From NCBI GenBank assembly GCA_963759165.1, contig CAVWXK010000002.1:320231-384230 (forward strand): DNA of 64,000 nt, given 5' to 3'. The DNA is from an uncultured Pseudomonadota bacterium. GTDB lineage: Bacteria; Desulfobacterota; Binatia; Binatales; Binataceae. Under the pieces are notes generated by a model, which ran no database searches, was not told where the DNA came from, and saw nothing but the letters and a program-made list of their open reading frames with translations. The position numbers and the translations under genes were made by a program. Shown in pieces: positions 28,978 through 37,598 of the stretch (its first letter is position 1; every line of letters begins with the position of its first letter).

Positions 28978-30075
28978 CTGTCGCTACCGAAAATCAGATA
29001 GGGAATGACGAGCGCAGGCAGGTGTGATAGTTCAGCGCCCGATGGTCGAGTTACTGTGCCAGCTTCTGTTGATATTGCGTTCGTTGTTCGAGTCACGAGC
29101 GCGGCTTGAGGCTGAGATCACGGTCCTGCGCCAGCAGCTTGACGTCCTCGGCAGGCGCGCACCCAAGCGAATACGCCTCAGGAACTGGGATCGTTTCGTG
29201 TTCGTATGGCTACATCGAACCTTCCCGTCGATCTTAGGCGCCATCACAATCGTCAAGCCGGAGACCGTGATCCGCTGGCATCGTGACGGCTTCGGCGCCT
29301 ATTGGCGCTGGAAATCTCGCCAGCGCGCCGGACGTCCGATGATCGACCGCGAGATTCGGCAGCTTGTCCGACAGATGAGCATCGAGAATCCGCTTTGGGG
29401 AGAGCCGCGGATTCACAGAGAACTGCTGATGTTCGGTATCAGGGTCGCCCAGTCGACGGTCGCCAAGTACATTGACAAACCCCGACAGCCGCCCTCACAA
29501 AGCTGGAAGACATTCCTACGCAATCAAGCAGCGGGAATCGCATCGATCGATCTGTTCGTCGTGCGGACGGTCTCTTTCAAGCTGCTTTACGGCCTGGTGA
29601 TACTGCGGCACGTGCGAAGACGGATCGTTACTATCGGTGTCACGTCTAACCGGGCCGCCGAGTGGATTGCCGGGCAGGTGACCGAAGCCTTTCCTTGTGA
29701 CGAGGCACCCCGATACCTGCTCAGCGACCGCGATTGCTCGTATGGTTACGCTTTCACCAGACGCGTACGGGCGATGGGCATCTGCGATCGGCCAACCGCG
29801 CTACACTCGCCGTGGCAGAACGGTCATGTTGAGCGGCTCATCGGATCGATTCGTCGAGAATGCCTCGATCACCTTATCGTGTTCGGCGAGACCCACCTGC
29901 GCCGGATCCTCGCGGCGTATGCTTCCTACTACAATGAAGTCCGAGCGCATCTCTCTTTGAACAAAGATGCGCCGGTCTTCCGGCGAGCTCAGTTCTTCGG
30001 GAAGGTCGCGTCACTGTCGGTCCTGGGCAGCCTACATCACCATTACATTCGGATCTAAGTTCTCAGTACGGACAA
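28978..30075 (+). mobile_element. Complete copy (copy 2) of the rve-type IS
   Basis: Termini (c)tgtcgctaccgaaaatcag and the reverse complement of aagttctcagtacggaca(a), which reads tgtccgtactgagaactt (about 11/17 matching). GCAC is present on both flanks (28974..28977 and 30076..30079), a possible 4-bp duplication or chance. Confidence 0.7.
29024..30058 (+). CDS. rve-domain DDE transposase, full length
   Basis: 344 aa, colinear with ORF 249..1268, with the intact C-terminus LGSLHHHYIRI. Confidence 0.9.
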   Translation: MIVQRPMVELLCQLLLILRSLFESRARLEAEITVLRQQLDVLGRRAPKRIRLRNWDRFVFVWLHRTFPSILGAITIVKPETVIRWHRDGFGAYWRWKSRQRAGRPMIDREIRQLVRQMSIENPLWGEPRIHRELLMFGIRVAQSTVAKYIDKPRQPPSQSWKTFLRNQAAGIASIDLFVVRTVSFKLLYGLVILRHVRRRIVTIGVTSNRAAEWIAGQVTEAFPCDEAPRYLLSDRDCSYGYAFTRRVRAMGICDRPTALHSPWQNGHVERLIGSIRRECLDHLIVFGETHLRRILAAYASYYNEVRAHLSLNKDAPVFRRAQFFGKVASLSVLGSLHHHYIRI

Positions 30076-30180
30076 GCACGGCTCTCGCCAATAATTCGCT
30101 TGTTTGACATGTCAGGGCCTTCCGCTCGATAGTCCTTGCGGCTTAATTGGTTCCAATGCCGTCCGGGGAGGAAGCGACCC

Positions 30181-31449
30181 ATGCCTATCGATTTCACGCT
30201 CAGCGAATTGCAGCGAGAGATCCGGGCCAATGCCCGCGCCTTTGCCGAACGCGTCCTGGCTCCGGTCGCCGCAAAGGTTGACCGAATCGTCGACCCCTGG
30301 GAGGCCTTTGTGGCTACCCGCGAGGCTTATCGCGGGATGGCTCGCGCCGGTTTCACCAAATGCTTCATCCCGATCGAACATGGCGGGCTCGGCTTTTCGA
30401 TGATCGACATTGCTATCGCTGCCGAGGAACTCACTCGGATCGACGTCAACGTGCCGACCACGCTGCTGGCAACCGGCCTCTCGCTTCAGCCGATCCTGCA
30501 GCGCGGCACCTCCGAACAGAAAATGCGCTTCCTTACGGACTTTGTGAATGATACCGAAGGCGAGCTGCTCGCGGCTTTCGCGTTTACGGACGTCGGCGGC
30601 GGAGCCAACTTCGACTCCGCGCAACCCCCAGCCGGTATTCAGACTATCGCACGCCGTGAAGGTGACCACTGGGTGATCAACGGCCAGAAGCATTACACCA
30701 CCAACGGCACCGGCTGGAACAAAAACGGAGCGCACCTCTATCTCGCGGTATGCCGCACCGATCGCACCAAGGCGGCCGACGAGTCTCTCGCGGTGATCGC
30801 AGTACCAGGTAATTCACCAGGTATCGAGGTGGTGAACGTTTACGACAAACTTGGTCATCGCGGCACGGTGACCCCCGCGATTAACTTCGAAAACGTCCAT
30901 GTGCCTATCGACAACCTGATTGGAACGACCGGCACCGAAGCCAAGAAGCTCGTCGCCGGCGCCTTTAGCTGGACCGCGGCCCTGATCGGCGCGGCGTGCG
31001 TAGGCGTGATGCGTGCGGCGTTTGAGTACGCGCTCGATTTCGCGCGCAGGGAAAAGCGCCTGGGCCCCGTACCTGTGATCGAATATCAGAGCGTGGGCTA
31101 CATGCTGGCTGACATCAAGATGCGGGTCGAAGAGGCGCGCTATCTTACATGGAAAGCCTGTCATTACCTGGAAAGCACCGGAGGCAAAGGACAGGAACTG
31201 GCTGTGATGACCAAGGTCCGATGCTCGGAGCTGGCAGTAAAGACGGTATACGACGCGATGCGAGTGGTTGGGGTCGAGAGCTATACCAAGTTTACACCGC
31301 TGGAACGGTTGATGCGGGAGGCGATGGTATTTCCTCTATATGATGGCGGCAACCAGGGTGTGCGTCGGCGCCAACTCCACGAGATGATGATGAAACCCGG
31401 GTATCACTCGATGTTGGCAGCCAACGGCGACCCCGCACCTTGGGAATAG
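30181..31449 (+). CDS. Acyl-CoA dehydrogenase family protein
   Basis: MPIDFTLSELQREIRANARAFAERVL..., the mid-domain INGQKHYTTNG, and a C-terminal helical domain. GGAGGA ribosome-binding site before ATG 30181; the track ORF starts earlier at 30136. Confidence 0.85.
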   Translation: MPIDFTLSELQREIRANARAFAERVLAPVAAKVDRIVDPWEAFVATREAYRGMARAGFTKCFIPIEHGGLGFSMIDIAIAAEELTRIDVNVPTTLLATGLSLQPILQRGTSEQKMRFLTDFVNDTEGELLAAFAFTDVGGGANFDSAQPPAGIQTIARREGDHWVINGQKHYTTNGTGWNKNGAHLYLAVCRTDRTKAADESLAVIAVPGNSPGIEVVNVYDKLGHRGTVTPAINFENVHVPIDNLIGTTGTEAKKLVAGAFSWTAALIGAACVGVMRAAFEYALDFARREKRLGPVPVIEYQSVGYMLADIKMRVEEARYLTWKACHYLESTGGKGQELAVMTKVRCSELAVKTVYDAMRVVGVESYTKFTPLERLMREAMVFPLYDGGNQGVRRRQLHEMMMKPGYHSMLAANGDPAPWE

Positions 31450-31528
31450 CCGTTTTTCCTTCTTTGCTTGCTGCCTGCTGACCTTCGTACCGACCGTGTC
31501 CGCGAGCTCTGAACGGATTTGGCAGGCA

Positions 31529-31909
31529 TTATGACCGGGCGGCCTGCGGAGGTTGCATGATAGTGAGCAGGAATGCTCCCTCTTCAAGTGCTTCGACGTC
31601 GTGAGGAACCGCCTTGTCGAGGGTTAGCAAGCCATCGGCTCGCACGATTCGCTCCTCCCCGCCTGCGGTGAACCGCATCGCCCCCGAGAGCACAAACAGC
31701 GTGATCGGACCTTCCACTTGGTGCTCGTGCATCGTTGCGCCCTTTCGAACGATCACCAGCACCATACGGAGTTCGGAGGTCTTCGCCAGCGTGATCGCGT
31801 TGCGACTTCCAGTCGTCCACTGGGTTCCCTGCTTCAACCGCTCGATTTCGTCCGCAATCGAGAACGCCATCAATGGAGCGTGCAGTATGCGTTCCTTGGT
31901 TTCAGACAT
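31529..31909 (-). CDS. Cupin-domain protein
   Basis: MSETKERIL...ATMHEHQVEGPITLFVLSGAMRFTAGGEERIVRADGLLTLDKAVPHDVEALEEGAFLLT has a cupin motif pattern. GGAGGAG ribosome-binding site before ATG 31909. Confidence 0.7.
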   Translation of the reverse strand: MSETKERILHAPLMAFSIADEIERLKQGTQWTTGSRNAITLAKTSELRMVLVIVRKGATMHEHQVEGPITLFVLSGAMRFTAGGEERIVRADGLLTLDKAVPHDVEALEEGAFLLTIMQPPQAARS

Positions 31910-31944
31910 GGAATCTCCTCCTGAAGCCGAACTACCTCCGTCGC

Positions 31945-33069
31945 CTATACGACCGGAGCCTTGTGATAGCGCGTGAGCGGCACGGGACCGTCGGCGCTCA
32001 CCCACACTGTATCCTCGACCCGAACGCCGAACTCATCGCGATAGATTCCACAGTTGCCGATGCCGACGACCATCCCGGCTCCAACTTGCTCCACCTTCTC
32101 CTCACCGTGGATCACGGCATGACCACCCGGGATCGGTGCTTCCTCGTGCTCGATCCCAACCCCGTGGAAGACCGGACGGAGAAAGGCACCGCCGAAGCCC
32201 TGCTCGTCCAGCACGCGCGCCATCGATGAATCGATACCGAGTAATGGAGCGCCCGACGAAGCGGCCTTGATGCCTGCCTCTTGGGCCAAAATGTAGGCCT
32301 GGAGGGCATCGGCAACCTCCTTCGGCACGCTGCCGACGAGAACGGTCCGGCAAAGGTCTGCCGTGTATCCTTCTACGATTGGCGCCAAGTGAACCTGAAC
32401 GGCGTCGCCCGCCGCGATTTGCTTGGCAGACGCCGGGCCATGGGCCATCGCGGATCGCCACCCCGAAGCCACGTACGTCGCCGATGCCCAGCCCTCGGCT
32501 CCCGCCTTGCGCATGACGTATTCCGCCTCGCCTGCCACGTCGATCTCTCGCACACCGACTCGGATTGCTCATACCGCGGCGGCCATGCCCTGGTCCGCGG
32601 CCGAAGCTGCGGCCTTGATGCACTCGATCTCGCCACGCTCTTTGAGCATCCGAAGTCGTGAGAGAACCTGCGCCGCCGGCACTACCGTGGCCTGCGGCAA
32701 AATGTGCGCCTTGAAAACCTCATAGAGCGCCGCGTCGAAGAAGTTCTTCTCCAGCGCGATGGTCGCTTGGGTCAGACCCAGATCTTTCAGCACGTCTCGG
32801 AATCCGTGGAACATCTCCTCCTCGCTGCCGAATCCGCGGACCTCGGTGGCGGCCGACGCGGCACGGACGCTCCGAAGGTCGGAAGTCGGAACCGAGACGA
32901 TACATTGCAGCGACTTGGTGAAGAGACAAAGGGCGCAAGGGCGACCATCGCCGGTAAAGTAAGCCAGGTTGGCGGGCTTCATCAGGAACAGCGCATCGAT
33001 GCCCTTGGCTTCCATGAGCGAAGCGGCACGCGCCCAGCGGGCCTTGAAGTCGAAAGCTGGCGAACCCAT
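31945..33069 (-). pseudogene. M24-family metallopeptidase (Xaa-Pro aminopeptidase/creatinase-like) with an in-frame TGA at 32569..32571
   Basis: The N-terminal creatinase-like domain ORF 32569..33069 ends ...DQGMAAAV-TGA. The same frame continues AIRVGVREIDVAGEAEYVMRKAGA... through the pita-bread domain (HGVGIEHEEAP, VRVEDTV). Confidence 0.75.
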
Positions 33070-33189
33070 CGCGATTCCTCCCTTGGCCGTGATTCCCGCC
33101 CGAAGGCCGTGCCGGTGCGCTAAAGTTCACGGGCGGCCTCCATCGAACGTATCTCTGCCCCGCAAGAGCCAATATCCAGTTTCAGAGCT

Positions 33190-33720
33190 TCATCGTTTCA
33201 TGCGCTTTCGGATTCTCCGCCGCAGTCGAACTGCACCTTGAGATACAGGCATGCGCGCGGTGCCGTTTGCTGTCCACGACCGAACCGACGGCAATGCCAG
33301 GCGGAAGCGAAGTTTCGCGGGCCTCGCCAGAAGGTCGTGCAGAGTATAACGATCGAGTGTGGCTAGAAAGCTGTCACAGGCTTCTTGAAGAATACCCGCC
33401 AGTCGGCAGGCTCCGCTGATCACACAGCGGTTATCGGCTCCACGGAAGCATTCGGCGGGTTTAAACGCTCCTTCTGTGTAACGCACAAGTGCGCCGATAT
33501 TTATGTCTCGGGGATGGCGATCCAGGGTCATTCCACCGCCTTTTCCTCGATAAGTACGAATGAACCCGCCCCGCGCCAGCCCATGAACGACCTTCATTAG
33601 ATGATTGCGGGATATGCGATAGTCCTCGGCGATCTCGGAGATCATGGAAAGCTGGGGACGACGCAAGCCGAGATAGATCAGAACCCGTAAGGAGTAATCG
33701 GTATAGAACGTCAGCTCCAT
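33190..33720 (-). CDS. nsrR: NsrR-like Rrf2-family NO-sensing repressor
   Basis: MELTFYTDYSLRVLIYLGLRRPQLSMISEIAEDYRISRNHLMKVVHGLARGGFIRTYRGKGGGMTL plus the Cys triad CFRGADNRCVISGAC. Lies directly downstream of the hemerythrin gene and next to NsrR-type operators. Confidence 0.75.
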   Translation of the reverse strand: MELTFYTDYSLRVLIYLGLRRPQLSMISEIAEDYRISRNHLMKVVHGLARGGFIRTYRGKGGGMTLDRHPRDINIGALVRYTEGAFKPAECFRGADNRCVISGACRLAGILQEACDSFLATLDRYTLHDLLARPAKLRFRLALPSVRSWTANGTARMPVSQGAVRLRRRIRKRMKR

Positions 33721-33787
33721 GGGTTGGCGCACTCCTCTCCGAAGAGAGCATCGACGCTAATTTGCGGTCCGCCAGCAAACGGCGTGC

Positions 33788-34480
33788 TCATCCAGCCTGC
33801 ATCCTCAAGATTAGCTGCCTTCTTTCGTCCTGGTTCAGGATTTTGTCGGCCATTGGGTAGAGAACATCTTCCTCTTTGGCATCATGGCTGGTGAGCAAGG
33901 CCGAAGGATCAACCTGTTGGCCCTGAATCGTCTCCACTATCGTGCTGCAGGCCTGCGCCTTCGTGAGCGCGGACAGCTTTTCCAGCATAGCCCCTATCTC
34001 GCGGTGCTCGCGGCGCATCACAGCCGTCGGGCCAGTACCCCGCATGCCGGTTCGTTCTTCAAACACGGGAAAGAAAATCTGCTCTTCGACCTGGATATGA
34101 TGGCGCAAACCCAGGACGAACTCTGCAAGACGAGTCTGAATGCGACCGAGATTGCAGGCTTGAACTCCCTGCATACAGTCCTGCCAGAGCTCGGCAAGAC
34201 GATGATGATCGACGCCAAGAAAATCCGTGATCGACCATGCCTCGGTATTGTCGCGCTTGACGATCTTGACTCGCCACAGCTCAGGCCCTTGCTCCAGCCG
34301 CCACCAGTGGAAACCTCCGCTGTACTTCTGGCGAAATTCATCGAAGAACGGCTTCGGGTCATAGCTGGTGACAAGTTCCACGCTCTGCCCAGCGCGAAGG
34401 CCGTCAAAGGCTTCGAAGACTCGTTCGCGGCCGTCGCTTGGAAAGCTGTCGAATACCTCGATGCGTGCTGGTGCGTTCAT
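33788..34480 (-). CDS. DUF2249 domain fused to a hemerythrin-like (RIC/YtfE/NorA-type) di-iron domain
   Basis: The N-terminus FEAFDGLRAGQSVELVTSYDPKPFFDEFRQKYSGGFHWWRLEQGPELWRVKI is DUF2249. The C-terminus carries H/E-rich hemerythrin motifs (DHHRL, LRHHIQVEEQIFFP, REHREI, HDAKEEDVLYP). GGAGGA ribosome-binding site before ATG 34480. Confidence 0.75.
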   Translation of the reverse strand: MNAPARIEVFDSFPSDGRERVFEAFDGLRAGQSVELVTSYDPKPFFDEFRQKYSGGFHWWRLEQGPELWRVKIVKRDNTEAWSITDFLGVDHHRLAELWQDCMQGVQACNLGRIQTRLAEFVLGLRHHIQVEEQIFFPVFEERTGMRGTGPTAVMRREHREIGAMLEKLSALTKAQACSTIVETIQGQQVDPSALLTSHDAKEEDVLYPMADKILNQDERRQLILRMQAG

Positions 34481-34551
34481 CACTTTTCCTCCAATTCTAG
34501 TCCCGGCTCCGGTGGACCTCACGGGCTTTCGGTTGATCGGCTGATGTCCAA

Positions 34552-34574
34552 AAGATATATACAAGATATATCTT
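34552..34574. promoter_or_regulatory. NsrR-type 11-1-11 palindromic operator (box 1) within a bidirectional promoter-like region
   Basis: AAGATATATACAAGATATATCTT. Flanked by TTGATC-17nt-TATATA on the plus strand and TTGCAG-16nt-TATATA on the minus strand. 72 nt upstream of the hemerythrin start. Confidence 0.6.
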
Positions 34575-34733
34575 CTGCTGCAAGACCCCTAAAAGGCACC
34601 AAAGTAATGCTGCGGACGTCCAAAAACGGTCGGAAGAACTGGATAACGAATGATCCTGACAACCTACATCGATCAAGAGCTTGAGCGCGCTGGATGGAAC
34701 CAAACGACGGGCCTTTAGTGCAGCCGCTCGTTT

Positions 34734-36581
34734 TCATTCCGTCCTGCCATTCCCATGAGCCTTCCTCTTTTTATAACCCGCTACCTGCACGGACTGCGGC
34801 TTTAGAGGCCGCCTGCGAAGATCCAGAGCTCGCAGGATATCGGCTTTGGTGAGAATGCCTAGCAAAACGTCATCGGCGTCCGTGACCAGCAGCATTTGTT
34901 CGGGTTCGTGCCGCGCGAGCAGCATGAGCGCCTCTTCCACGTCGCTGCGCTCGTTGATTCGTACAGCCTCGCGTCGCGCGACCTCGGTCACCTTAGTCTT
35001 GGGCCAATCCTCTGCGGCAATCGCCGCAAGCTCCCATATTGAGATCAGCCCCACAGGCTTATTGGCAGCCAATACCGGAAAGACCGAATGCCGGTGTCGA
35101 CGCACCACATTATAGGCAAATTCCTGCAAGGTTGCGGCGCTGTCCACTGCGATTACTTGTGTTTGCATCACATCGCGTACCGGGACGCTCGTCAGTTCGG
35201 CGATCTTCACAACTTCGTGCAGGCGCTGATCCGCGGATACCGAGGCTTCACCGGAAACCGCATAGGCCATCGCCGCCCCGATCAGGGTGGGGATGATATA
35301 GGCGTGACCGCCCGTAGTCTCAGCCACGAACACGACTGCGGCCAGCGGAGCCTTGTAGGCCGCCGCGATAAACGATGCCATCCCGACTGCGGCATAGAGA
35401 TCGAAGGCCGGAGAATGAACCATTGATTGGCCGAAAATGCTTCCGAGCGCGCCACCCACCAGCAGCAGCGGGACGAACATCGCGCTGACCCCGCCGCTAC
35501 CCAAGGTGAAGATAGTCGCCGCCATCTTGGTTCCAGCAAAAGCGAACAGCGAGCTTGAGCTATGTGGCCGGCTTAAGAGCTCACGTACTGCTTCGTAGTT
35601 GGGCCCCAGCGGCATCAGCGGTTCACTGAAGAAGATGACGAACAGGAGACCGCACAGGCCGGTGCCCAAGCCGCCGATCAGAAGCTTTACTGTGTGCGGG
35701 ATGGGCGCAAGGATCGCATAGCCGCGCGCCCGGCGGAACGTGATGGCAAAGGTCATCGCAATCAGACCACAGAGTACTCCAAGTAGCGCTGACCAAAGCA
35801 GATCCCCTTCCGAAAAACTGGTGCTGCCAGTGAAGCCGAACAGCGGTTCCGAGCCGACGATCGAGACCAGCGTCGCATAGGCCACGACCGAACCGATTAA
35901 CGAAGGCAGCAGCGCCTCGTGTGCGAGGTCGTCACGATAGGGCATCTCTAGCGCGAACACTAAACCGGTGAGCGGAGCGCGAAACACCGCTGCCATGCCC
36001 GCCGCTGCCCCACTGATCAACATGATGCGACGGTCGCGATTCTCAAGCCCGAAGCGCCCGAGCCTGGTCCAAAGCCACGAACCGATAGCTCCACCACCGT
36101 AGATGCTCGGCCCTTCGAGAGCGGCACTGCCTCCGAAGCCAACGGTTGCGACCGCTGCCAGCAACTTCAGCCAGAAAGGCCTCATGTCGATGACGCCTTG
36201 ATGTTCGTGATAAGAGCGGACGATCTCTTCAGTTGAGTGTTCGTTTGGATCAGGAGTGCCCAACTGCATGACGAGGCCGGCAATCAAAAACCCAACCAGC
36301 AGACCGGGGACGATCGCCCAGTGATGCCTGTAATAATAAGGGCGCAGGAACGCCCATACGCCGTTCAGAATGACCTGGTTGATTCCGGTGATCACTAAGC
36401 CGGTCACGACACCGACTACGGGTGCGACAAGAAGCCACTTCTGTACGTCGCGTGAATAGGTCGCGGCTAAATCCTCATGAACCAAGGCGGTGTATTTGCG
36501 CCAGAGCGGATGGTTTAACCAGGGCGACTTTTGTAGCCAAGCCAGCGGCCTCACAAGCGGAACCGTCTCCTTTCGCGACAC
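34734..36581 (-). CDS. ClC-family voltage-gated chloride channel / anion:proton exchanger with a C-terminal CBS pair
   Basis: 615 aa with ClC selectivity motifs GSAALEGP, GGGVSAMFVP (GxFxP-like) and AAYKAP, followed by two CBS-like repeats (VRDVMQTQVIAVDS..., LLVTDADDVLLGILTKADILRAL). Confidence 0.9.
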   Translation of the reverse strand: MSRKETVPLVRPLAWLQKSPWLNHPLWRKYTALVHEDLAATYSRDVQKWLLVAPVVGVVTGLVITGINQVILNGVWAFLRPYYYRHHWAIVPGLLVGFLIAGLVMQLGTPDPNEHSTEEIVRSYHEHQGVIDMRPFWLKLLAAVATVGFGGSAALEGPSIYGGGAIGSWLWTRLGRFGLENRDRRIMLISGAAAGMAAVFRAPLTGLVFALEMPYRDDLAHEALLPSLIGSVVAYATLVSIVGSEPLFGFTGSTSFSEGDLLWSALLGVLCGLIAMTFAITFRRARGYAILAPIPHTVKLLIGGLGTGLCGLLFVIFFSEPLMPLGPNYEAVRELLSRPHSSSSLFAFAGTKMAATIFTLGSGGVSAMFVPLLLVGGALGSIFGQSMVHSPAFDLYAAVGMASFIAAAYKAPLAAVVFVAETTGGHAYIIPTLIGAAMAYAVSGEASVSADQRLHEVVKIAELTSVPVRDVMQTQVIAVDSAATLQEFAYNVVRRHRHSVFPVLAANKPVGLISIWELAAIAAEDWPKTKVTEVARREAVRINERSDVEEALMLLARHEPEQMLLVTDADDVLLGILTKADILRALDLRRRPLKPQSVQVAGYKKRKAHGNGRTE

Positions 36582-36644
36582 AAAGGCTCATCTATAATTA
36601 GACGAGCGTGGCTGTATGCGTACAGGGTAACCCAAAACTCCGCG

Positions 36645-36795
36645 CTACCTAGGCAACGTGAAAGGTTCGCGAGGAAGCCAAGCAGCTGCCGCCGCGCAAG
36701 TTACTTTCGCAACACTGCCTTCCCAATTCGCATCGCAGCCGTGAAGCCAGAACACGTTCTTTGCCAGATCGATCCCGAGAGTAGCGACCTGCATC
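36645..36795 (-). pseudogene. N-terminal stub of an IS110-family transposase
   Basis: MQVATLGIDLAKNVFWLHGCDANWEG matches the IS110 N-terminal DEDD motif (GIDLAK). It diverges after ~30 codons, with no remainder. Confidence 0.6.
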
Positions 36796-36944
36796 TTCAG
36801 ACCCTCCTCGCTTTGGTTGTTGGCGGTCGAATGTACCACCATGGCCCATTAAGGCCGTTATCCAAGCGGGGAGCGGTCCATCCCATCAATTTTCAATCGG
36901 CGACGCTGAGCCCCACGGACTTTCTGTTGATCATCGGTCCTAGA

Positions 36945-36967
36945 AAGATATATGTGAAATACATCTT
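36945..36967. promoter_or_regulatory. NsrR-type operator (box 2)
   Basis: AAGATATATGTGAAATACATCTT. The right half AAATACATCTT is identical to the E. coli ytfE NsrR site as I recall it (AAGATGCATTTAAAATACATCTT). Overlaps TTGATC-16nt-TATATG and lies 61 nt upstream of the DUF2249 start. Confidence 0.6.
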
Positions 36968-37027
36968 ACTCAAGGCCCCCTAAGAAAGCGCCGAAGTAAT
37001 GCTGCGCGTAACGAGGAGAAGAAGACG

Positions 37028-37285
37028 ATGGAGCAAGGACAGGGTGAGAGAGCGCGGACCGAACCCCACCTCGGCGTGCGGAAGATTCCGCCAGCCAGGC
37101 GCCATAGGCTGATCTTTGAGACTTTTGAGGCACTCAAGTCGGGCGACGCTTTCATTCTCGTGAACAACCACGATCCGGAACCGCCTTATTACCAAATCCA
37201 GGCCGAGCGGACCGGGCAATTTAGCTGGGACTGCTTGGAGCAAGGTCCTGAAGTATGGCGGGTGCGCATTGGCCGCGTGGGCTAG
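37028..37285 (+). CDS. DUF2249-family small protein
   Basis: RRHRLIFETFEALKSGDAFILVNNHDPEPPYYQIQAERTGQFSWDCLEQGPEVWRVRI parallels the N-terminal domain of the gene at 33788..34480. Confidence 0.75.
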   Translation: MEQGQGERARTEPHLGVRKIPPARRHRLIFETFEALKSGDAFILVNNHDPEPPYYQIQAERTGQFSWDCLEQGPEVWRVRIGRVG

Positions 37286-37598
37286 AAGCCTGCTGCGTTT
37301 GGCCAGAAGAGGCCCAACGGACTTCTGAGAGCTAACGCCTTGCGGAAGGAACCGAGCCGCCGTGCTGCGGTTGGAAAATTCGAACCGGCCTGCTAGGTGA
37401 ACTTTTGGCGTATGCTCTACCGCGCCGCACAAATCGCGTAGGTGCTGAAGCAGCAACGAAACAGGTTCTGCTTTGGTGAAAGAATATCGCATTTGAATTG
37501 CGGAGGTCTTGGCTCGCCGGGAACTGAGCCTCTGCTCCATGGGAGTACGGCGAACCAGACCTAACCAACGTTCGGCGCGGGACTCGGGGAGGAAAACC

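Noticed and set aside
32569-32571. In-frame TGA in the M24 peptidase as selenocysteine or genetic-code reassignment
   Set aside because: The position aligns with a non-catalytic helix residue. No SECIS-like hairpin is obvious just downstream. TGA clearly terminates many well-defined genes in this window (for example qhpD, qhpB and qhpF).
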